Positions 29,455 to 38,026 of a stretch of 64,000 nucleotides of DNA are shown piece by piece. The position numbers and the translations under genes are program-made. The notes beneath the pieces are model-generated. The model was not told the origin of the DNA. It did not search any database and worked only from the letters and a program-made list of their open reading frames with translations. The first letter of the stretch is position 1; the number at the start of each line of letters is the position of its first letter. Source of the DNA: a bacterium. Lineage in GTDB: Bacteria; Patescibacteriota; JABMPQ01; JBDRIV01. The DNA lies in assembly GCA_043815505.1 (NCBI GenBank), contig JBDRIV010000002.1:374943-438942 (forward strand). The letters run 5' to 3'.

Positions 29455-30515
29455 TGCAAAATATTCAAGATCCAATTTTAGTTTTCGATGTTGCCAAAGT
29501 GATGTTGATGGCAGCACTGGCTTTTATTTTTACCATTTCTTGGACGCCCCTGCTGACAAAATATTTATACAAATATAAATTAGGAAAAAGAATTCGAACA
29601 GAAGGCGCGCCAGTTTATTCTAAAATGCATCAAGGGAAAAGTGGAACACCAGTGATGGGGGGATTACTTATTTGGGTAACCACCCTAATTTTTGCTCTAT
29701 GTTTTTGGTTCGTGTCAATAATATTTAAGGGTGATATTTTAGACAGAATTAATTTCTTAAGTCGCGGACAAACTTTACTACCACTAGGTGCTTTAGTGAC
29801 TGCTGGAATTGTGGGATTAATTGATGATCTATTTAATGTTTTTGGCATTGGACCAAAAGGTGGTGGCTTAAAAATGGGACAAAAATTAATTGTTTATTTA
29901 AGCATTGCCGCATTTGGTGCCTATTGGTTTTTTTATAAACTTAATTGGGATTTAATTCATATTCCCGGACTAGGTGATTACAATATCGGTTGGTATTACA
30001 TTCCTTTATTTATTTTTGTAATTGTGGCTACGTCGTTTTCGGTTAATGAAACTGACGGTTTGGATGGACTGGCTGGTGGCGTGCTATTAATGTCTTATCT
30101 GTCTTATGCCGTAATTTGTTTTGTTCAAGGAAAAGTAGATCTAGCAGTTTTTTGTGCTGTAATTGTGGGAGCTTTGCTGGCGTTTTTGTGGTTTAATATT
30201 TATCCCGCTCGATTTTTTATGGGGGATACCGGTGCTATGGCACTCGGTACTACGCTTGGGATTATTGCCATGCTTACCAATACTGTTTTTGTTTTACCAA
30301 TTATTGCTTTTCCACTAGTAATAGAATCTGGTTCAGTAATTCTTCAAGTTTTATCCAAAACAATATTTGGAAAGAAAATATTTATTTCCACACCAATTCA
30401 TCATCACTTTGAAGCTCAAGGTTGGCCGGAGACAAAAGTAACAATGCGTTTTTGGGTACTTTCTATTGTCTTTGCCACCATTGGACTCGTTATAGCATTA
30501 ATTGGAGCAGGCTAA
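29445..30515 (+). CDS. mraY: Phospho-N-acetylmuramoyl-pentapeptide transferase
   Basis: NETDGLDGLAGG and PIHHHFE motifs. 10 TM. Confidence 0.9.
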   Translation: MEIMQNIQDPILVFDVAKVMLMAALAFIFTISWTPLLTKYLYKYKLGKRIRTEGAPVYSKMHQGKSGTPVMGGLLIWVTTLIFALCFWFVSIIFKGDILDRINFLSRGQTLLPLGALVTAGIVGLIDDLFNVFGIGPKGGGLKMGQKLIVYLSIAAFGAYWFFYKLNWDLIHIPGLGDYNIGWYYIPLFIFVIVATSFSVNETDGLDGLAGGVLLMSYLSYAVICFVQGKVDLAVFCAVIVGALLAFLWFNIYPARFFMGDTGAMALGTTLGIIAMLTNTVFVLPIIAFPLVIESGSVILQVLSKTIFGKKIFISTPIHHHFEAQGWPETKVTMRFWVLSIVFATIGLVIALIGAG

Positions 30516-30566
30516 TTGATTTATGGCATATAGCAAATGGCAAATAGCATTTAATTTTAATCTTTT

Positions 30567-32078
30567 ATGATTGGAGTTTTTGATTCAGGTGTGGGAGGAT
30601 TAACTTTGGTTCAGGAATTACTAAAAGAATTACCCGAGAATCAAATAGTTTATTTTGGGGATACGGCGCGTGTACCATACGGAACTAAAGGTGATGAAAT
30701 TATCAAAAGATATGCCAAGCAAAACGTGGCATTTTTGCTTTCTCAAGGCGCAAAAATAATTGTAGTGGCTTGTAACACTGTTTCGGCGGTGGCGATGGAT
30801 TCTTTGTATAAAGCATATCCTGATGTTTTATTTTTTGAAGTTATATCTCCCGCCATTAATGCTGCCTATAATAAAAGTAAATCGAAAAATATCGGTGTAA
30901 TTGGCACGACGGCCACAATAGATTCTCATTTGCATAAAAAATTATTAACCGAAAAGGGAAAGATAAATGTTTCCGAAGTAGCTTGTCCCTTATTTGTACC
31001 TTTGGTGGAAGAGAATTTTATTGAGCGGGGTGAAACAAAAAGAATTGCTCGCTATTATTTAAAATCTTTGAAAGACAGCAGCATAGATACTCTTATTTTA
31101 TCATGTACCCATTATCCATTTTTAGAAAAGGTTATTTCCCGAGTTATGGGAGAAAAAGTAAAACTTGTAAATCCTGCTGAAGCCACTGTTAAAATTATAA
31201 AAGATTATTTAAAAGAAAATAAAGATGTTGCTAAAAGTTTAACCAAGGGGAATAACCATAAAATATTTGCTAGCGATAGTAAAGCTAAATTCTTTGCAAC
31301 AGCTAAAAAACTTCTAAACCTAAATTTTGAAGTTAAAGAAGTTGATATTGAAAATCAGATGAAATGTTACAAACCAAATTGGGTAGAAGGAATTATGGGA
31401 TTATATGCCGGAGCCTGTGTATACGATGGACGACCATTTACTGATGAGCATGGTCTAAAACATTTTCGCCAGGCAATGAGTAAGAATCTACCTTTTGCAG
31501 AAAATGAAATTTGGATTGGTGAACAAATTCATGGTAAGAATGTAACTATCATAAATAAGAAGGTTGAAAAATCAGATTCAGAAGTGGTAAAAAATTCAGA
31601 CGGTTTGGTAAGCACAACTAAAAATATTTTACTGACAGTTCATACTGCCGATTGCGTCCCCATAATATTTTATGATAAAGACAAAGAAGTTATCGCAACT
31701 GCTCATGCTGGTTGGCAGGGGACGTTGCAAAAAATTCCTGAAGAAATAATAAATAAAATGGAGAGTAATACAGAAAATTTGCAGGTGTGGATTGGACCAG
31801 CCATTCATAAATGTTGCTACGAAATAGACAAAAGTGAAGAGCGGTATAAAAATTTTAAAAAAGAATTTGGAGAAGAGGTTTTGCGAGAAGAAAATGGTAA
31901 AATGTACTTAGATTTAATTGCTGCTAATAAAAAAGTTTTAACATCAGTCGGAGTAAATGATAAAAATATTGAGATATCTGAATTGTGTACTTCCTGTTCA
32001 GGGGAAGAATTACCATCTTTTCGGAGGCAAGGTAAAAGATGGCGAGAAAATATAATAGCTTTTATTGGAATGCAATGA
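30567..32078 (+). CDS. murI: Fusion protein: glutamate racemase (MurI) + YfiH/PgeF-family domain (DUF152)
   Basis: Residues 1-265 match full MurI (VFDSGVGGLT, GDTARVPYG, CNTVS, CTHYP). Residues 280-503 match PgeF (HGKNV..., VHTADCVPIIFYD, AHAGWQGT, IGPAIHKCCYE, PSFRRQG). Confidence 0.8.
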   Translation: MIGVFDSGVGGLTLVQELLKELPENQIVYFGDTARVPYGTKGDEIIKRYAKQNVAFLLSQGAKIIVVACNTVSAVAMDSLYKAYPDVLFFEVISPAINAAYNKSKSKNIGVIGTTATIDSHLHKKLLTEKGKINVSEVACPLFVPLVEENFIERGETKRIARYYLKSLKDSSIDTLILSCTHYPFLEKVISRVMGEKVKLVNPAEATVKIIKDYLKENKDVAKSLTKGNNHKIFASDSKAKFFATAKKLLNLNFEVKEVDIENQMKCYKPNWVEGIMGLYAGACVYDGRPFTDEHGLKHFRQAMSKNLPFAENEIWIGEQIHGKNVTIINKKVEKSDSEVVKNSDGLVSTTKNILLTVHTADCVPIIFYDKDKEVIATAHAGWQGTLQKIPEEIINKMESNTENLQVWIGPAIHKCCYEIDKSEERYKNFKKEFGEEVLREENGKMYLDLIAANKKVLTSVGVNDKNIEISELCTSCSGEELPSFRRQGKRWRENIIAFIGMQ

Positions 32079-33550
32079 ATTTAGAAGCATTAAAACATAA
32101 GAATATTCACATTGTGGGAATTTCCGGTGCTGAAGGTAGTTCGGTGGCCGAATTCCTTTTAGGTATTGGTGCTCGTGATATTATTGGTCATGATATAGCA
32201 ACTCACGAAGAATTTCGTGCCAGCTATTACAAATATCATGACTGGTTAACAGATGATGAGAAAGAGAAAAAGTTTCAAAGTTTAACCGGTTCAGAAATTA
32301 AAATAAATTTTGGCCGAGAATACTTGAGTGGCATCGAAAAAGCGGATGTAGTTTTTGTTCCTCAAAGCTGGTTCAGATATAAGGAAAACATTCCCAAATT
32401 GAAAAAAATGATGGAAAAAGGAACACCGTTTTCCAGTATTATGAAACTTTATTTTGAATTATCTAAAGCTCCCATAGTTGGTATTACCGGCACGGTGGGA
32501 AAGTCCAGCGTCGCCAGTTTTACTTATCAGATATTGTCTCAATTTAAACCGGGACATGTGTTTGCGACTGGTAATGATAGAAAAAATGAGCAAGTACTAA
32601 ATAAAATATTAGATTTAACCATAGATGACATTTTAGTAGTAGAAATTAGTAATCGGCAACTAACGATTGATTTACAAAAAAGTCCTCACGTCGGTGTGCT
32701 GACCAATGTTTCACCAAATCATTTGGATGATCATGAAAGTTTTATTGAATATAAAGCTATTAAACAAAGTTTATTTCAATACCAAACGGGAATGAATTTT
32801 GCGGTTTTTGATTATGACGATGAAGAATCGCGTGATATAGCGAAGGATTTAGAAAGTAATGTCATCTGGGTTAGCACAAAAGAAGAATTAAACGATGGGG
32901 TTTATATAAAGAATGGCGATATCGAAATTAAGGCTGGTAATAAAGTATTTAATGTTGGTCAGGTGAGAGACATTGCCGTCCCTGGAGTTCATAATGAAAA
33001 AAATGTTTTATTAGCCATAGCTTCTGCTTATGCTTTAAATATTGATTCTAAAACAATTAGAGAAAGTTTAGCCAATTTAAAATCACTACCCAATCGCATT
33101 GAAGAAGTGGCTAATATTAATGGAGCCAAGTATATAAATGACACTTCATCCACCAGACCAAAAAGTATGCAGGCGGCCGTGGAAACATTTAAAAGTTATA
33201 ATACAATTTTGATTACTGGTGGTAAGCGGCCAATTTTAATCCCAGGGGAATTTGAAAGCGCAGCCGATCAAATTCTAGATGCCAAAGTTAAAGCCGTTTT
33301 CTTAATTGGGGAGGCAGGGCAACAAATTGAAGATACCATTCGGAGCGAAGCTCATAATTTAGCAAAAAACGTTCCGCTGATAATGAAAGTTAAAAATTTG
33401 GATGAAGCCGTGGACAAAGCCAATCGCATGGCCAAAAAAGGAGATACAGTTCTATTTTCACCAGGTTGTGAGAGTTTTGATATGTTTGCCGATTATAGAG
33501 ATAGGGGAAATAAATTTAAAGAGTTGGTAAAAAAATATGAGAAGAGGTAG
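32075..33550 (+). CDS. murD: UDP-N-acetylmuramoylalanine--D-glutamate ligase
   Basis: Mur-ligase P-loop GITGTVGKSS. Position between mraY and ftsW. Start chosen at the ATGA overlap; the track ORF begins at 32039. Confidence 0.75.
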   Translation: MNLEALKHKNIHIVGISGAEGSSVAEFLLGIGARDIIGHDIATHEEFRASYYKYHDWLTDDEKEKKFQSLTGSEIKINFGREYLSGIEKADVVFVPQSWFRYKENIPKLKKMMEKGTPFSSIMKLYFELSKAPIVGITGTVGKSSVASFTYQILSQFKPGHVFATGNDRKNEQVLNKILDLTIDDILVVEISNRQLTIDLQKSPHVGVLTNVSPNHLDDHESFIEYKAIKQSLFQYQTGMNFAVFDYDDEESRDIAKDLESNVIWVSTKEELNDGVYIKNGDIEIKAGNKVFNVGQVRDIAVPGVHNEKNVLLAIASAYALNIDSKTIRESLANLKSLPNRIEEVANINGAKYINDTSSTRPKSMQAAVETFKSYNTILITGGKRPILIPGEFESAADQILDAKVKAVFLIGEAGQQIEDTIRSEAHNLAKNVPLIMKVKNLDEAVDKANRMAKKGDTVLFSPGCESFDMFADYRDRGNKFKELVKKYEKR

Positions 33551-34679
33551 TAGAATTAGTAAAACGCACGCACCAGATTACGGTTTGATAACCACCGTAA
33601 TGCTTTTAATTGTGATTGGTTTGGTAATGTTGTCTTCCGCCAGTGCAGCCATTTCTTATGATAAATTTGGAACCAATAATTACTATTTACTACAACAACT
33701 GGGACCATTGGGTATCGGATTGGTTTTAATGTTTTTGGTTGCGCGCATGGATTATCACAAGCTTTCTCGTCTAGCAGTTCCACTACTATATTTAACTTTA
33801 GGATTACTTGTAGTTGTTTTTATTCCCGGAATTGGTTTTGGATATGGTGGAGCCCAACGTTGGATAAGTTGGGGACCCATATTTTTACAACCTTCAGAAA
33901 TTGCCAAAATTACTTTCTTAATATATTTAGCTACTTGGTTGGACAAGCGTGGTAAAGGTGTAGAGGATTTTAAGTACGGTCTGTTACCATTTTTAACCTT
34001 ACTCGGAGTAATTGGCATTTTAATAATGATGCAACCGGACCTAGGAACAATGTTTATAATTGCTATCTCATCAATCATTGTTTATTTTATTGCTGGTGCT
34101 CAAATTGGCCACCTAGTTTTAATTGGTATTGGGAGTTTAGGGTTATTTGGAATTCTTATAAAGATAGCTCCCTATCGTTTGGCGCGTTTTACAACCTACT
34201 TGCATCCCGAGCTTGATCCACAGGGAATTGGGTACCAAATTAATCAAGCTCTCCTAGCTGTTGGTTCGGGAGGAATTTTAGGATTAGGACTTGGAAAAAG
34301 CAGACAAAAGTTCAATTACTTGCCAGAAGCAACCGGCGATTCTATATTTGCCATAATTGCGGAAGAACTAGGATTTATTAGAACAACAGTCTTAGTTTTA
34401 CTATTCTTGTTTCTAGCCTACAAAGGTTTCAAAATTGCCAAGGAAGCTCCTGATATGTTTGGTAAACTTCTGGCCGTTGGTATAACCAGTTGGTTATCGT
34501 TTCAAGCTATTATTAACATCGCCGCCATAATAAATTTGTTGCCCTTAACTGGAATTCCGTTACCTTTTATTAGTTATGGAGGTTCAGCTTTGGTAATTTC
34601 TATGATTGGAGTAGGAATTTTGATTAGTATTTCGCGCTATACAAAAGCAAGTAACCAAACTTCATGGAGGAGAAGTTAG
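33537..34679 (+). CDS. ftsW: SEDS-family peptidoglycan glycosyltransferase FtsW/RodA
   Basis: 10-TM SEDS pattern. Position in the dcw cluster. Confidence 0.85.
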   Translation: MRRGSRISKTHAPDYGLITTVMLLIVIGLVMLSSASAAISYDKFGTNNYYLLQQLGPLGIGLVLMFLVARMDYHKLSRLAVPLLYLTLGLLVVVFIPGIGFGYGGAQRWISWGPIFLQPSEIAKITFLIYLATWLDKRGKGVEDFKYGLLPFLTLLGVIGILIMMQPDLGTMFIIAISSIIVYFIAGAQIGHLVLIGIGSLGLFGILIKIAPYRLARFTTYLHPELDPQGIGYQINQALLAVGSGGILGLGLGKSRQKFNYLPEATGDSIFAIIAEELGFIRTTVLVLLFLFLAYKGFKIAKEAPDMFGKLLAVGITSWLSFQAIINIAAIINLLPLTGIPLPFISYGGSALVISMIGVGILISISRYTKASNQTSWRRS

Positions 34680-35755
34680 AAAAAATTAAACTGGTTGTAA
34701 CTGGTGGTGGATCGGGTGGTCACGTGACACCGATTGTTGCTTTGCTGGAAGAAATGGGTGATGAATTTGAAATTCATTGGCTTGGTTCAAAACACGGACC
34801 GGAAAAAGGAACTGCCAAAAGTCTTAATATTCCTTATGAAGCTATTACAACAGGAAAGTTAAGAAGATATATTTCCTTACAAAATATTATCGACTTTTTC
34901 AAATTCCCGCTAGGAATTATCCAAGCGTATTTTATTTTGGGAAAAATAAAACCCCAAATAGTTTTTGGCAAAGGAGGATATGTTAGTTTGCCGGTGGTAA
35001 TAGCAGCCAAATTTAGAGGAATTAAAACTCTTGTTCATGAATCAGATGTTTATCCGGGACTAGCCAATAGAATTGCTATGCGCTTTGCCAATTTAATGCT
35101 TTTAACTTTTTCGGAATCAAAAAAATATTTAAAGAAAAATAATTACCAAGTTGTCGGCACTCCAATACGGAAGAGTATATTAAACGGCAGCGCTGAAGAA
35201 GCAAGAAACTTTTTTAAATTTCAAACCCCTAATCCTAAGATATTTATTACCGGTGGTTCCCAAGGTGCGGCCAGATTGAACCAAGTTATCTTAGAAGCTT
35301 TGCCAGAATTAACAGAAAAATATGAAATAATTCATTTGGCCGGAAAAAATAATTATGAAAATTTAAGAGAGCAAACAAAAAGTGTTACCAATTACAATTT
35401 GTATTCATTTTTTAATGAGGAAATGAAATTAGCTTATGCTGTAGCTGATATTATAATTAGTCGTGCGGGAGCAAATTCTCTAGCAGAAATTGCCGCTTAT
35501 GGCAAACCGGCCATTGTTGTCCCAATTACAATTGCCGGCGATCATCAAAAATATAATGCTGAAGTTTTTGCCAAAGCCGGTGCTGCTTATCTAATAAAAG
35601 AAGAGGGATTTACAAAAGCAGAATTGTTGCGTACACTAAGTAAGCACTTTACAGAAGAAAATTGTTCCAAAATGGCTCACAATAGCCAAAAACTGGTAGA
35701 TTTGGATGGTACTAAAAGGATTATAAAACTTATAAAAAAATATGCTCAATCTTGA
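34664..35755 (+). CDS. murG: UDP-GlcNAc--undecaprenyl-PP-MurNAc-pentapeptide GlcNAc transferase
   Basis: VVTGGGSGGHVTP N-terminal glycine-rich loop. Confidence 0.9.
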   Translation: MEEKLEKIKLVVTGGGSGGHVTPIVALLEEMGDEFEIHWLGSKHGPEKGTAKSLNIPYEAITTGKLRRYISLQNIIDFFKFPLGIIQAYFILGKIKPQIVFGKGGYVSLPVVIAAKFRGIKTLVHESDVYPGLANRIAMRFANLMLLTFSESKKYLKKNNYQVVGTPIRKSILNGSAEEARNFFKFQTPNPKIFITGGSQGAARLNQVILEALPELTEKYEIIHLAGKNNYENLREQTKSVTNYNLYSFFNEEMKLAYAVADIIISRAGANSLAEIAAYGKPAIVVPITIAGDHQKYNAEVFAKAGAAYLIKEEGFTKAELLRTLSKHFTEENCSKMAHNSQKLVDLDGTKRIIKLIKKYAQS

Positions 35756-37124
35756 AGAAATTAAGAAAGTTCATATGTTGGGGATTGGCGGGAGTGGCGT
35801 TTCGGCCTTGGCTAGAATATTTTTGGCCATGGGTAAAAATGTCAGCGGTGAAGATGCGGTGCAATCAATTATTACAACCGATTTAGCATCCATTGGAATA
35901 ACAGTAAATATTACTGATGGTGAAAATGATGAATTACCGGAAGTAGATTTGGTTGTTCATTCCCAAGCGGTGCCCAAAAATAATCCCCAAATAAAAAAAG
36001 CGGAAAAGAAAAATATTCCCGTTTTAACCTACCCCGAAACCGTTGGTTTATTAACGAAAGAAAAAGATACTATTTGTGTTTGCGGAACTCATGGCAAAAC
36101 TACAACTACTTCTTTAACAGCCGTATGTTTGGAGGAGGCAGAAAAATCTCCAACGATTATTGTCGGAAGTTCTCTAGAACAATTAATGGGTAACGCCAAA
36201 TTAGGGGAAGGAAAACTTTTGGTTTTGGAAGCGGATGAATATCGTCGTGCTTTTATAAATTATCAGGCGCAGTATATAATTGTAAATAATATTGAATTTG
36301 AGCATCCCGATTATTACAAAGATTTAGCAGATGTGAAAGATGCCTTTAAAGAATTTATTAGCAATCTTAATGAAGGGGGAATAGTATTTGCCAATAGTGA
36401 TGATGATAATATTGTAAGTATTTTGCAAGATTGTGAACGAGAAATTATCACTTATGGTTTCAATAAAAAATGTGATGTCAGAGCCATCAATTATGAGATT
36501 GAAAATGGAAATCCTAAATTTAAAGTAAAATATTTTGATAATATTCTTGGTGAAGTAAAATTAAAAATTCCTGGTAAGCATAATGTTTATAATGCCTTAG
36601 CAGCCATTGCATGTTCCTACAAACTAGGAGTTTCTTTTAATGACATTGCAAGAGCTTTGGAAGAATATTCGGGAGCGTGGCGACGTTTTGAAAAAAAGGT
36701 TCAGTGTAAAGGAATTTCTTTTTATGATGACTATGCTCATCATCCCACGGAAATTAAAGTAACTCTAGCTGCGTGCAAAGAAAGATTTCCGGGACGAAAA
36801 ATTATTGCCGTTTTTCAACCACATCATCATTCTCGTTTTACTAAACTTTATGTTGGTTTTTTAAATGCTTTTGCAAAGGCTGATGAATTATTGGTTATGG
36901 ATGTTTACGATGTTAAAGGGAGAGAAAAATCTGAAGAGGAAAATAGAACGAGTCAGCAGTTTGTGACTGAAATTAAAAAAGAAAAGGTTTATTACACACC
37001 CAATCATAACGATGTAATTAAAAAAATTACTGCCATAGCAAAAACTGGAGATGTGGTAATTACTTTAGGAGCTGGGGATGTCAATACAATTGCCCGCGAA
37101 TGTTTTAATCAAATGAATGAATAA
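35742..37124 (+). CDS. murC: UDP-N-acetylmuramate--L-alanine ligase
   Basis: MLGIGGSGVSALA and GTHGKTTTTSL. Confidence 0.9.
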   Translation: MLNLEEIKKVHMLGIGGSGVSALARIFLAMGKNVSGEDAVQSIITTDLASIGITVNITDGENDELPEVDLVVHSQAVPKNNPQIKKAEKKNIPVLTYPETVGLLTKEKDTICVCGTHGKTTTTSLTAVCLEEAEKSPTIIVGSSLEQLMGNAKLGEGKLLVLEADEYRRAFINYQAQYIIVNNIEFEHPDYYKDLADVKDAFKEFISNLNEGGIVFANSDDDNIVSILQDCEREIITYGFNKKCDVRAINYEIENGNPKFKVKYFDNILGEVKLKIPGKHNVYNALAAIACSYKLGVSFNDIARALEEYSGAWRRFEKKVQCKGISFYDDYAHHPTEIKVTLAACKERFPGRKIIAVFQPHHHSRFTKLYVGFLNAFAKADELLVMDVYDVKGREKSEEENRTSQQFVTEIKKEKVYYTPNHNDVIKKITAIAKTGDVVITLGAGDVNTIARECFNQMNE

Positions 37125-38025
37125 TAGTTTACTAGAAAAATTACAGAAATCAGAATTGAAATTTGAGGAAAATAAAATATTAGCACCGTTCACAACTTGG
37201 CAAGTTGGTGGACCAGCTAAGTTTTTTATTGAGGTTGAAAATAGCGAGCAAGCACAAAAAGCCTTTAGCATTATTAAGGAAACAGAAAGTAACTATTTAA
37301 TTCTAGGAAAAGGTTCAAATGTTTTAATTGCTGATGAGGGATTTGTTGGGGTGGCAATAAAAATGTCCAACAACGAAATTAGTATAAAAAATAGAGAAGT
37401 TTGTGCTGATGCTGGAGCTATGTATAGTCGCGTAGGAAATTTAACGGTTGCCGCTTCTCTACAAGGAATGGAATTTGCCGCTACTATTCCTGGATCAGTT
37501 GGTGGAGCGGTTAGAGGAAACGCCGGTGCTTTTGGTACCGAAACCAAAGACCATTTGGAAAAAGTTGAGTATTTGGATTTAGACGACAAAATAATTAAGA
37601 TAAAAACAGCGAGCAAAGACGACTGCAAGTTTAATTATCGCGATAGCGTATTTAAGCATAATAAGCGCCTCATTTTAAAAACTTATTTTAAATTAGAAAA
37701 AGGAAACAAGGAAGAATCGGAAAATAAAATAAAAGAGTTTATAGCACAAAGAAAAGCCAAACAACCTTATGGAAAATCTTGTGGATCGGTTTTCAAAAAT
37801 CCAGAGCCACAATTTGCCGGCGAGTTGATTGAAAAAAATGGTTTAAAGGGGTATTGTATAGGCTCAGCTTGTGTTTCCGAACAGCATGCAAACTTTATAT
37901 TAAATAAAGATAAAGCTACTGCTCAAGATATTTATAATTTAATAAAACACATTCAAAAAGTGATTTTAGAAAATGAAAATATTAAACTGGAAACGGAAGT
38001 GCAATTATTAGGATTTAATAAATAA
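37117..38025 (+). CDS. murB: UDP-N-acetylenolpyruvoylglucosamine reductase
   Basis: FAD-binding LGKGSNVLIAD. GSVFKNP. Confidence 0.85.
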   Translation: MNNSLLEKLQKSELKFEENKILAPFTTWQVGGPAKFFIEVENSEQAQKAFSIIKETESNYLILGKGSNVLIADEGFVGVAIKMSNNEISIKNREVCADAGAMYSRVGNLTVAASLQGMEFAATIPGSVGGAVRGNAGAFGTETKDHLEKVEYLDLDDKIIKIKTASKDDCKFNYRDSVFKHNKRLILKTYFKLEKGNKEESENKIKEFIAQRKAKQPYGKSCGSVFKNPEPQFAGELIEKNGLKGYCIGSACVSEQHANFILNKDKATAQDIYNLIKHIQKVILENENIKLETEVQLLGFNK

Positions 38026-38026
38026 G

